DNA of 64,000 nucleotides from the human T2T-CHM13v2.0 reference genome, Homo sapiens. The notes beneath the pieces were generated by a model that saw only the letters and a list, made by a program, of their open reading frames with translations, was not told the DNA's origin and ran no database searches. The position numbers were made by a program, and so were the translations under genes. Positions 14,447 to 27,409 of this stretch are shown here, piece by piece; within the stretch, counting starts at the first letter, position 1, and every line of letters begins with the position of its first letter. The stretch lies in NCBI RefSeq assembly GCF_009914755.1, contig NC_060942.1; one strand, given 5' to 3'.

Positions 14447-14490
<44 letters not shown>
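14447..14490. repeat. (AT)22 microsatellite
   Basis: Uninterrupted AT run read directly. Confidence 0.95.
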
Positions 14491-14496
<6 letters not shown>

Positions 14497-16480
14497 GTAC
14501 TTTACTCTGCTATCTCAATAAATGGTGCCTATTTTTTTCTTAGCTATTCTTTTTCTTTCCTAGTCCTATTTTGTTAATTCTGCTCACTGCCTTCTGCAGT
14601 GACCCTCTAAGTTTCACTCTTTCTGAAATAAAGTCATTGGTTTGTCTCCTTGCTATCCAAAATTTATGAAGGGAGATAAGCTACTTTAATTTGTTCTCTG
14701 GGGAGGACAAAAGGAACACAATTACCTCTTTCCTTTTGTAATTTTTAAGGGTCCTATCCCGAACTACTAATAGAAATCACCAAAAAGGTTGTTGGAATAA
14801 TTTATGATCATTCATTGAGAGGGACTCCCTGACTTCCTGCTTTGTCTCCATTTTCTTAAGAGTACCAGGTTCTGCATAGTTACAACCCAAATGCTATTAA
14901 GCAAAGTATAACCCTTCTAGTTTTGTGTGTACTTCCTAACATATGAAGATAATAATTTTATCCAACATTTTAATATACCTGTTCAACTCTAGGACCAATG
15001 GTCTCTTCTAGCATTAAGTTTCAGGGAAAAGAAGTGCATGTGTGATCTGTGCTCTGTTTTTGCAGCAACACCCAAGTCTGTCTATTCTGAGAAATTAAAA
15101 CAGCACACTTCAATTGGCAATTAAATGTTTTTATGATAATAGCTATATTTAGCGTAGACTGTAATGTTATTTGTAGTGTGTAGTACATTACTAGCAGGAT
15201 TTTACACAGGGGAAACAATCCCAGTTTCTAAATATATGTTATAAATATATAAACATGATGGAAACAATTAAAAAACATCATGTATCACGGATGTAGCCTG
15301 ATACAATTTTCATCATGAATATTTTAAATACTAAATAAATACATTCAGGGGAATACCCATTGATAGTCATAAACACAAGGGTTATATATTAATATAATAT
15401 GTAAAATCTACATAGTTTTGAAAAATTCTTTTCAATTTTGTATGTGGATTAAAGTGTCTTTTGAGGTAATTAAGTTTTTGAAAGACTAGATATCTTCACA
15501 ATAGACACTAATATCAAATATTTAAAATTCATACAAGGTTTCTAGCTTCTAAGCTAAAAATCATATGCTTCATAAGAATTGGGGAAGGAACTGTGTAAGC
15601 ACAAACCATAGAGGAAAAGAAAATGAACAAACCCACATAGACGTAGACATCCCCCCAGAACAAAATCCATCTGAGGCGATCAACAAAAAATCCTGAAAGG
15701 TATACACATTGCACATGCCTTATGCTGAAAAGTTGAAGTACCAGCACCAAACAGAATAGCTATATTAATTGCTCTTCACTCAAAAATGCCTTTTCATCAT
15801 ATTATAATGACCTAAAAAACCACACCACTTGCATACTTCTAAACGGATTTTTAAAATATGTATGCATAATTAGAAAAGGACATTTACAAACCTAAAATGA
15901 AATTTCATCACTTTTGGTGTTGAAGAAACACAACTTGCTTACACATGCAGATTTGTCCATGAATATTTTTTCTCTCTCTTGATGGAATTTTAGGTTTAAA
16001 TGCACAACAATCTAGGGTAAATAAATTAAATGCCAAAAGCATATAATATATTCTTTTTGCTTATCTAATTTTACCATGCTCCTGAGATTTTAGATGGATA
16101 TTTAAAAAGTACCTAAAATTTTTCCTCAAGTTTCTAATCTGGTCAGACCTTTAAATAACAACTGAACTAGGAAAACATTGGCATTTATCAGAGTCTACTC
16201 CTGTCATTCTACTGCTTCATGGGACAGTCTTCAACAAGACTTAGACAAACCTCATTCATCAATATTCTACTCTGGAGGAGCTGACACTTACTGTGAATTC
16301 TGCTCTTCAACTTAAATACCAATGTCTGTGGCAGGCCAATTCTATCATTGCAGATCCAGCATCCCTCAGGCGAGGTCCAACCTTTCTCTCGAAGTGCACC
16401 CAGGGATTAGTCTGACTTCCCCTAAATTCTCTCCTCTGCACAGTAAGAGCTAATCTTTCCTGTATGAAGCAGGAGATGGT

Positions 16481-16496
16481 GTTGCTATGACAACGG
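16481..16496. promoter_or_regulatory. RFX X-box-like palindrome overlapping a MYB core
   Basis: GTTGCTATGACAAC (16481-16494) is close to the X-box GTTGCYATGGYAAC; CAACGG (16491-16496) fits YAACKG. Motif match only. Confidence 0.45.
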
Positions 16497-16920
16497 AGCA
16501 CATTCTAGCAGTGGGACTACTGAGATGAGCCTTCAAAGACTCAGGGAAACATGCACTCAGTCTTCCTCCAGGGCTATGGGCTCCTTCCTTGAGGATTTAA
16601 TCTCCCAACAAGTTTACTGTCAGACTGGGTTGTTGATTATCTGTACATTTTGCTACAGGGAGATCACTGGTTAAGAACATGGCTGGAAGATCACAGAGTT
16701 ATTTAATAAAAGTGCCATTTTCAGTTTTAATAATTTTCCAGTTTAAATACTCTGTGTAGCTTGTTAAAACACTACCCCCTTTAAATTAAAAGCATTTTGC
16801 TTACTTTTAGATTTTTTAAAATGATTACAATGAGTTGAGAATGGCACTATCAAGGAGAAGCTTTACCTTTTTTTTGTTTGTATATCATCACCATTGTATC
16901 AACTTGAAGGTTAGATACAG

Positions 16921-16969
<49 letters not shown>
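16921..16969. repeat. (GC)3(AC)~21 alternating purine-pyrimidine microsatellite
   Basis: gcgcgc followed by an acac run; reads (UG)n in the NOL4 pre-mRNA. Confidence 0.95.
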
Positions 16970-16970
<1 letters not shown>

Positions 16971-18769
16971 CCATTTTCTCTCTCCAGCATCAACGTCTGG
17001 AGCCTTGAGGTTTCAGGGTGGGGGAGGGGTATGCTAACAAAAGCAAATCCTGCAGCCACATTTTGCATACATATATTATCCAGAGAATAATCACAATAAC
17101 TGCTAATCATTTAGAAAAATAATTATAACCGGAATTTAAGTGCCTGTGCCACAGCAGAAGAGATCTAGTATCAAGCCACATTGTAGGAGGGCAGATTTCA
17201 TACGTTATTTTCAAACATGGCAGTTAAATTTTCTGGAAAATAATGAACACGTATATTAATATATATTTTAAACAGTTGATAGTATACTGTAATAGTTCTG
17301 ACTATTTTGAACATTGAACATTCATTTTTCTTCAGAAACATTACTGCGATTCAAATGAGTACATCCTTTTCAATTGGAAGGAAAGATACAGGGCAGGAAA
17401 AGTTTTCCCCTCCCAGCAGCAGAGGTTCAGTTTACTCAATCACTCTGATTCAGGTTCTCACCCAGGGAGTCATCTGACCTGTCCTCTTTACTCCTTAATT
17501 TCCCCGTAATCTTTTCTATTTCTCAACCTTTTATGTTAGGAGCATCTATTCCTGCATACCACCCTTCCCCCACTGTCTGTAATTATTCTCCTTTGTGGCT
17601 GAAGCAATGGAATCTATATCATCTACATCTATTCTTTCAAGTGCTGAGAGCGAACAGGACTTTATGGATGTCGCTGTCACTCAGAGGTGTGAGAATCTAT
17701 ATGTTAGTCAGATTCAATGCCACATTGGCCTTCTAGAAAATCATAGGGCTATCTTTAGTTACTTCTTGCTTGTCACCCTAATGCGTTTGAAAAGCTTTAT
17801 GATGTTAACTAGAATCTCATTATTGCACATAATGCATGTATTTACATTTAGTAGTTCATTTAAAAGAGACAGCATATTTTAAAACTCATTTTGATTTGTA
17901 TTTGTTATTTCCATCATAGTAAAAAATGCTGTTAAATTTTTGCTAATGTGTGCCTTGGAATATATCTCCAGGATACATATGTACCCACTTCACAATATAT
18001 GCAGATAATTTTCCCTTCATGATCCTCTTTTCAGAGCTTGCTCTGAAGATGCATTCTCATAATTCAAAAAGTTATAGCACCTGTTTTCATTATGTTCATT
18101 ATTATCTAATTAGTAAAGGGCTTTCATTTTTTGGAAAAAAAAAATTCACTCTCATATTCAGGGAAACTGGATAAATGCCAACACATGTAAACAACATATG
18201 GTTTACTTTCAAAATCAATCAACCAGAATTATTTCTAAATCATTTCTTAGTTAAAAATGTGTTGAAATAATTTACTGCTATAATAGATAATGTTACTATC
18301 TGCTATTCCTTTAGGACTGACTACCTGGACATCGATCATATTATATATTGTCTAGCTTCCCCAAGAAGACAATATTGTTTGTAGAAAAAATTATTTAAGT
18401 AGTTATGGTGAGTGTGCCACAACTTAGATTTGGATGTTAAAAGTGAGTTATAAACAACTAAGGTTATATGAATGCCAGAAATCACTACTGCAAGAAATTC
18501 TATAGTTTTTAAATTTTTCCTCATGTATTATTTTTATGAGCCCTAATTTTTCAACATAATATTCAGCAGATCTGGTAAATTAAAACAATATGTTTGTCTT
18601 ATGGGAAATAGGGAAAATGAGAGTAGGAAAAACAGCACTTTTCACAAAACAAGTTTTAAATATAAACCCCAAGGCAGTTCTGAGTAAAAAGACTGAAATA
18701 TTGGAGCCTACATAGTAAGGGGAACAAATGCGGAGTTGAGAACAATTTTTTTCTAAAAAGCCGCCTTTC

Positions 18770-18980
18770 ATGGAAAGGCTTGGATACAGCCTCTAGACTT
18801 TGGCTAGACACTGAACACAGACTCTAATGACAAACTGCATTACTAATCTCTCTCTGCTTCAGTTTTCTCACCATCAGAATGGACATAATAAGAGTATCTT
18901 TATGAGAATTCAAGGAGTAAATATGTATAAATTTCTCATAATAATGCCTGACATATTGAAAATACTATGTAAATGTTAGG
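18770..18980 (+). mobile_element. MIR SINE
   Basis: ctctctgcttcagttttctcaccatcagaatgg core; 3' end aatgcctgacatattg...aaatgttag. Confidence 0.7.
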
Positions 18981-19409
18981 TGTCATTTAGGACCTTGAAG
19001 ACAGGGACTAAATATTATTCAGCTTTGTCTCCCCTGTTCTTAATACAAAGTCTGCTATCAGGTATATACTTAATAAATGAAAATAAATATTTTTAATAAA
19101 ATCTATATGACTGTAATATTTAATAAAGCAAAGTGAATAGACAATACTTTAGAATTCTAAATGTGTCAGAAGAAAAATGTAAATCTGTCTACATAATTAT
19201 TATTGGTTTATAAAATTCAATAAATAAATATGTATTCAAGTAATCAATGAACTAAATTTTAAATATTTCTTGTTCTTTTATACTTTTTATAGTTTAAGAA
19301 TTATTTGCTAAACAATAAGTAAACAACATAAGTAGGATTATCTTTGACTGTGAATAACAATAACATCTCCTTTAGTTTTATAAGAGAATGAGTTATCACT
19401 TATTAGAAA

Positions 19410-19610
19410 ATTGATTTAGCATCTGCTTTATTAGATATTGTAGTAGGTGCTGGGATACAAAGGCTTAGACCACTGTGCCTGTCTTCAGTGAGTTCACAAT
19501 TTAATGCAGGAAGCATACAGTCACTCAGCATAGTCTATGTGCCAGACACTGCTCTAGGTGCTGGGGGTATGATAGTGAACCAAACAGAAAGAAATGTCTA
19601 CTATAAGGAA
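19410..19610 (-). mobile_element. L2 3' fragments
   Basis: ctatgtgccagacactgctctaggtgctgggg and gtaggtgctgggatacaa, the reverse of the L2 3' end. Confidence 0.65.
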
Positions 19611-20689
19611 GTTTCTCCCTGCTAGTGTGTGAGAGAGTGTGTGTGTGTGTTTTCAGGCAGGGGAAATGAATGTATTTTAAGTATTAGTGCTTCAGAGGAA
19701 AATAAATTCAAATTTTGGAATAAGAAAGGCAGTAGAAATAGGGATAAAATTTTAATTTTAAAAAGATACATTTAATGCAAATTGATAAGGGCCATAAAAG
19801 AGCCACAAAGAAAGCACCATGCAACTAGGAAAAAGAGTGGCCAACTCTCTCCTAAGGAATATGGGAAGGCTTCACAGAGGGAGTAGTAAAAATCTAATGA
19901 GGATTAAATATGTAAAAAGGTTCTTATCTGCATATTAACTAGCATTTACTCACATCATCTATATAATTTAATATCTAATAAAACAAAGTGAATAAATACT
20001 ATCTAAGGATACTAAAGTATCAGGACAGAAATAGAAATTTGTCTAATAACTAATCCATTATAGGTTTACAATGCTCAAAAATATTCCTTTAGTTAAAAAG
20101 CATGTTATTCTAGCAAGTGGAGTAATACCATGGTTGATCTATAAAAGTAAAAGTAAATTGCCCTTACTTTGACACCATTGTCTTTTTTTTTCTAAGATAA
20201 AAAACAACTAAAGAAGGATAATTATAACTCACTTTATTTGTACAGCAAAATAAATTCCAGATGGCTTAAACATTTAACTCTTTTTTAAAAAGCTGTACAA
20301 GTACTGAAAGAAGTTAAGGAAAATGTGTTAAACACAAACATAGAGGAAAACAAACTTTGGAGTATCTGTCAGGTAAATAATTGGCTGTTTGGTCCAGAAA
20401 TCTACAAATCTATTCCCACACTTTTAAATTATTTATTAAACAATCATTTATTCAGCAGCAATCATGTGCAATGTATTAGGAATAGACAGAAAAATAAGAT
20501 AGTATTTAATTTCTAGAAGCTCATGGTCTAGTATTATAGTACAGATGGACAAAAACATAGGACTTTATGATTCAAAGTGCTAATTATTTTTATAAAATTA
20601 TACACAGAATGCTACGAGAGAATCTAGGAGAGAACTTTTTCCTGGTACAGGGAGGTAGGCTTATGAAATCATATAACAAGCATGTAGAT

Positions 20690-21530
20690 ACAGTCATAAT
20701 GGAATAGATTGGAGCAGTCCAATGTTCCCAATGAGAATAACCAGAAAAGCTAATTTTGAAATATAGATGATTAAAATATATTTAAAGGCATCAGACAGCT
20801 AAGAGAGAACTAGGACTTGAGAGCCCAAGATCCCTGAGGGAAGGACATCAGAGAAATGTGAACCAACATTCTGTAAGCAGCTTTTTCCCTCAGGGAAAAC
20901 ACCAATTTTGGTGTGAAAAGAGAGACGAAGAATATGAACATACATTGCTAATAGGTAGAGAACTTTTGGAACTCTTAAAATACTGAAGAAAAAATGGATT
21001 TCAGATTGAAGATGGTAGCAATGATGTAAGTAGTCAAGATTACAGAGAGAAGGTAGTAGCAGAGAAGTAAGACCACCATTCTATGGATTTGCCTTTAAGG
21101 CTTTGCATACTCTTAAATTGCCAAGAGCAAAAGACAAATGAGACAAACAGAAAACTGTTGAAAAAAAAATACAGTAGTGTTTGCTGTACTCTCAGTTCTA
21201 AACTAAAAAGCCAAGGACCATTAGGGAGGAAGAGCTTTTATGAGGAGTCCTGGATCTCAGCTGGGACAACCAGTAGGTTAGACCCTATGAGTGGAAGGAA
21301 ACATATGGAGAAAAAAGCTTATTATAAGAACTAAAACCCAGCATCAAGCCAGTTCAATACTTAATTTAATTCAAATGATCTGTGCCCCCTTATCTGCTGG
21401 AAGATGGAAAATTGTCTCTGAGCCAGATAACATTCCTAAGACCCTCTCTATTATCACTCTACTATTTTTCATACACAATGTCCAGACTTAAGAAACATAC
21501 TTAAGAAAATAATGTTAGGAACATATAGGA
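20690..21530 (+). mobile_element. Old L1M 5'-region fragment (tentative)
   Basis: Purine-rich sequence resembling L1ME/L1MC 5' ends (aaccagaaaagct..., aaggcatcagacagc..., ccaagatccctgagggaagg). Confidence 0.45.
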
Positions 21531-21549
21531 AACAGATAAATGGTAATAT

Positions 21550-21905
21550 CAGTTCTATGCTGATAAATGTTTAATAACCAGTTTCCAAAAAAGGGGGAGC
21601 AATATTATAATTATACTGATATAAAAGATTTTTAACACGGTTTTTGAATTATAAAATATTCAATACTCTATTATAAATTTAATATATCCAATTGATTCTT
21701 TCAGAATACTCACATTGATTTTTACCAAACTATTATATTTGTAGGCAGTGACAATCAAGATGACTGCAACTGACAATCAAGTATACTTCAACATGGATAT
21801 GGTTTCATTTTTTTATTTACTCATGTTTATGAGTAAGATGAAAGTGAATGTTAAAGATGAATACTGGAAATTCACATACTTGTAAGTGATGCAAGCAAAT
21901 TCTCA
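21550..21905. mobile_element. MER63/Blackjack-type hAT fragment
   Basis: Begins cagttctatgctgataaatgtttaataaccag, similar to the remembered MER63 terminus CAGTGGTGTGCTGGTAAATGTTTAACAAC. Confidence 0.55.
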
Positions 21906-21909
21906 CATA

Positions 21910-24755
21910 ATTATTTTTAAATGCTAGATAGTTGGTATAATTTCAATCATTTTAAATATGTTAAGACTTGTTTTGTACCCTAACATGAGGTCTATTCTGA
22001 AGAATGTTCCATGTGCACTTGAGAAGAATGACTGGAGTGTTCTTTATATGTATGTTAGGTCCAATTAGCTTATAGAATTGCTCTAGTCCTCTATTTCCTT
22101 ATTCATCTTTTGTTTGGTTGTTGTTCTATCCATTATTAAAAGTGGGGTATTGAAGTCTCCTACTATTATTGTGCTGCTGTATGTTCCTTCCTTCAATTCT
22201 GCCAATGTTTGCTTCATCTATTGGGAACTCTGATATTGGGTGCACGAATATTTATAAAATATTATATATTTTCTTGGCAAATTGGCCCTTTTATAATTAT
22301 GTGATATTATTATTTGTCTCTTCTAACCATTTTTATTTTAAAGTCTCCTTTTTTAATGTTAGTATAGCACCTCTGCTCTTTTTTAGTTATCACTTGCATA
22401 GAATATGTTTTTAATCTTTGTGACTCTCAGCCTATGTGTATCCTTAACATCTAATGTTAGTCTAGTAGACAGCATATAGTTTGATCTTGATTTTTTAAAT
22501 CCATTCAGCAAATTATATCTTTTGATCAGGGAGTTTAATCCATTTACATTTAAAGTCATTACTGATTTAGGGAAGGAGATACTATTGCCATTTTGTTAAT
22601 TGTTTTCTGTGTGTCTTGTAGCTCTATTACTTCTCCTTTCCTCTCTTACTGCTTTTCTTTGTCTTTTGTTGACTTTTGGTAATGGCATGCTTTGACTTTC
22701 TTTTCATTTCCTTTCATATACATTGTTACTGTTGCAATTAGACAAAACATTAAAGTTGTAACATAACATTCTATATAATGTTATATATTAATATATTCTA
22801 TATTGCATATTTCCATATTATATATATTTTATATATAACATATTAAACAAATTATAACATTTTATTTTAAACTACTAACAACTTACTCTACTCCTTATTG
22901 TCCCTACTTTTATGTTATTGATGTCCCAAAGTACATCTTTATGTATTTTATATCCATTAACATATATTTATATTTGTTTTTATGTTTTTGTCATTTAAAT
23001 TTTATATAAGAATTAAAAGTAAATTTGTGCACCAAAATTATAATAATACTAGTTCCTATATGTGGCCATGTATTTTTCTTTACTGAAGTTTGTATTTTCA
23101 TCTAGCATTCTTTGAAGGACTCACTTATAGCATTTCTTGTACAGTAGATCTAGTAGAATGAACTTCCTCAGATTTGTCTGATAAAATCTTAAATTCCTCT
23201 CCATTTTTGAATTATTTTGTTGGCTGTAGTATTCTTGGTTGACAGCATTTTTTTCTCTAAACACTTTGAATAATATTATCACACTTCCTTTGGCCTATAA
23301 GGTTTTTGCTGAGAAATTATCTGATAATCTTATAGAGGCTATAATGTACATGATGAGTCTTTTTTCCCTTGCTGCTTTCACAACTCTCTTTGACTTTCAA
23401 CAGTTTGATTGTAATGGGTCCTGGTGGAGTCTCTATGGATTCGTCCTGGTTGCAGTTGGTTGAGTTTCTTGAACATGTATATCCGTTTCTTTCCTCAAAT
23501 TTGGGAAGTTTTTTGTCATTATTTCTTCAAATAAACTCTGCCCCTTTATCTCTCTCTCTGTCTCTCTTTACTCCTTGAATTTCCATAATTTGTATATTGG
23601 TCTGATTGATGGTACCCCATAAGTCCCTTAAGTTTTGTTTACTTTTCTTCATTCCTTTTTTTTTCTCCGCTATCTCAATGATTTCAAATGTCCTGTCTTC
23701 AAGTTCACTGATTTTTTCATCTGCCTGATCAAGTTTGCTATTAAGTCTCTCTAAATAATTTTTCAATTCAGCAATTCAGTTATTATATTTTTCAGCTCCA
23801 GAATTTCTATATGATTCTTTCCTATAGTTTCTACCTTTTCACTGATATTCTCAATTTGTTCATACATTGTTTTCTGGATTTTGTTTAGTCATCTCTCTAT
23901 GTTCTTTTTTGAGCTTACTGACCATATTTAAAATAGTTGTTTTTAATTATTTGTCAGAAAGTTCAGTGATTTGCCTTTCTTTAGGTTCTATATCCAAGGT
24001 TTTGTTTTGTACATTTCATCAAGCCACATTTCTTTGTTTCTCTGCATGCCTTGTGATATTTCTTGATATTTGAGATTTGGGCATTTGAGAACACATTCAC
24101 CTGCCCAAGCCATTATGCACTGGATTTGTGCAGAGAACGGCCTTCATCAATGAGCCTAGCTATATGTTTGGGAGACTCTCAAAACGTTTCTGAGGATGTT
24201 TCTCCTCTGGGCTCGTGTATGTCTTTACTTCTCTCAAATTCCCTAAGCAGCCTGCCCATTTTTTTCTCAGGAGCTCATAATCTCCTGCTCCTTCTAGCAT
24301 CTGCCTGTAGAACTACAGAATCTCTGCAGCTCTGAGGACCCACCATGCCAAACCGCTTGCCTCTTTTTTCAGTGGTTTCCAAACTCTGCTACTGTTCCCA
24401 TCAGTGCTATGATATAGAAACTAATACTTCAGGAAGCCCCTAGACAAACCAGAATATCTGACTCACAATCCACTCTCTTGTTGCTATTGTAAAAGAAGAG
24501 CCCTTGTATGGAATGTTTCCTCCAGTGTGCACTATGCTACACTGACTCAAGAAAAGGACATGGGCATGCAAAATTCTCTGAACTTTACTAGGATCTTTTT
24601 TTTGGTTTTGCATTGGTCTGGGTGCCGCTACTTCTTAACTGGTCAACAGAGTTCTTAAAAAGGGATTCTGGTCCATATATTGTTAACTCAGTGTCTTCAA
24701 GGGGGGAATTAGGGCCTCGGGCCTCTTGGTTTGCCATCTTGCCAACATCACTTTC
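21910..24755 (-). mobile_element. Old L1M: 5'UTR, ORF1 and start of ORF2; 3' part missing
   Basis: ORF 23527-23766 (LNSKLDQADEKISELEDRTFEII...NLRDLWGTINQTNIQIMEI) is L1 ORF1p-like. Endonuclease-region sequence at ~21950-22600. Minus-strand start gtgatgttggcaagatggc at ~24751 resembles L1M 5' ends. Confidence 0.88.
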
Positions 24756-25881
24756 TGTTAGTTTAGTTTTAACTGAAATGCTGAGAAATACTTAAAGATG
24801 ATAGTTGGTTACTGAAAAGTAACATTGAACAAGGCTTTAGTAGAATGCAATACAACCCTTGACTTAGGAAGATTTGTTTCTTCTCTAGCTTCAGGCATAG
24901 GAGGAAGTCCTGGAGTGCTTAATGAACCCTGACATGTCCCTCTTAAAGGCTTAGAAACAGGGCAATTCTAATATTAATCATCACCTTAAAGCAGGAATTT
25001 CAGTTAAGCATCACCTTAAGGCAGGGATTTTACACTGTTTGGAGTTCTTGAGAATCTAAAGAAATCTACCCCTCCCCACCACCATGTACTTATATTTACA
25101 TATATCCTCTCTTCCTCCAAAATTCACACATGTGCATATGTACACTCACGAGCACACATAATTTGGCACATGATTTATTCACCTGGTGCTCAGATAAAGA
25201 ATACTGCTATATTGAAAAACTATGCGGTTTCTGTTTACATTGGGCTCCTAAGGTTAAGCCCAGGTAAAACTAAAATGTTCTTTGCCTTGTATACGTGCCA
25301 TTGTCCTGACCTGGTCAACATCTCAATCAAATCTGTTTTCTAGAATGAGAGTAGAACTGAATTTCAGGAGTGTGGGTAAATGGCCTATCAGTGGCATCTG
25401 CTGTTGCCCTGAAAGATCTGTGATCTATCTTTATTAATAATAATAGTAATAAGTAACAGTATCTATTGACAATATTACTTGCTAGGCAATTTGTTAAATA
25501 CAAATTAGAATATGATTACATGCACTGGATGGTCAAGGAATATTTCCTGAAGGAAGTTGCACTTGAAAGATTTTGAGGGTAAGAATCATGCCTTATACAT
25601 CTCAGCTCTAGTTGCACATTGCTATGGAAATAGCAAGTTAATATAAAATACTGCTCATAAAAATTAATATTAATTATTACACAGTGTAAGTTACTAACAC
25701 ATTTGCCTACTTTATCTTTAAGCTTCTATGATTATTCTGCACTTCATGGATTTAAAAAATGCAGAGCATGATTTCAGGAATTGTAAATGACTTTTTTGCT
25801 TATTGATTTCAGCTGTTGATAATTTTCCAGTTATTTTTTCTCATAAATGTCATTTCTCCCATTCTCTTCATTGTATACTAA

Positions 25882-26283
<402 letters not shown>

Positions 26284-26944
26284 TCCTTATTTCTAACTCT
26301 TTGTTTTTGCCCCTGCTTTGTCCTGCTAGGTGAGGCCTTTATCTTTCTAAAATTTTCTCCTGCTGGCTTTCATGTCTTGAGTAAACTTTACTGGAAAAAC
26401 CCTCACAGACATTTACCATCTGGGTGTAATGAGACTCCTATGTGCCTACGTCTAGCAAGCACCTGTCATATTCCATCGTAATTATCATTAATATTGCAAT
26501 CTTCATAACAAATCTGTGAACTTCATGAATGTAAAGCTGTATCTCACAACTAGAAACTGTATCCACAGTTTTTAACCCAGTGCCTGCACTGTGAGAGACC
26601 TTAAAAAATATGAATATACATATTGCAATAATGAATGAATTATTAAATGGATCTACCATGTTAGGAAAAAAGGAAACTAAAACAAGTTGTGTATTTAACT
26701 TACAATTTCTAGTTTTTTCTCAAATCCTTTTCCACAGCCTCTGCCTTCTGTATGTCTTTTCTGTTGACCTAGAAAGCCATCAAATTGATTATTCTTTCTT
26801 CAGCATCTATCTTTCTCATAAATTCTCTGGACTCTGCACAAAGGGGTCATTGTAAAATGCAAATCTTATTCTTTATTGGCTTCCTATCCACTTCTGGTTG
26901 AAATTCAAACCCTTTATCATGAGAAAAAATGTTAAAAATCACAC

Positions 26945-26966
26945 ATATATATAGAGAGATAGATAG

Positions 26967-27005
<39 letters not shown>
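26945..27005. repeat. Compound (TA)n/(GA)n/(GATA)n microsatellite
   Basis: Read directly; pure AT run at 26973-27005. Confidence 0.9.
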
Positions 27006-27010
<5 letters not shown>

Positions 27011-27409
27011 GCTTAGTTTATATGTGCCAGATACTTGACATAATTTAGTCCTCAGACCAACTCTCTGTGAGAGTACTGTCTTCATTTTATAAAATACCCC
27101 CGATTCAAAGTTTTGTCTTATGCAGCCTTCTTTCTCAGCATTTACTGAAAGGATTTATACCTCACTCTCATATTAAATAACTGGAAGTTCTCTGGACACA
27201 CCACACTCTCTTCTGATGCCATGTCCTGTATATGTCTCATGCTGTTTCTCTTCCTGGCGTATCCTGTTCCTCACTGACTGGTTAATTCTGATTTTTTTTC
27301 TTAATGTCTAGCTCAGCATCCTTTTGCTCTTGGAAGCCTCACCTGAATGCACCCAGATTGATAGATTATCTTCTTCAGGGTTTCCACAGTACCTTGTGTA
27401 TATTGTAAA

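Noticed and set aside
16307-16501. 64-aa minus-strand ORF as a coding exon
   Set aside because: It starts at GTG, and the internal ATG reaches the 16320 donor in phase 2, which is incompatible with the phase-1 NOL4 junction.
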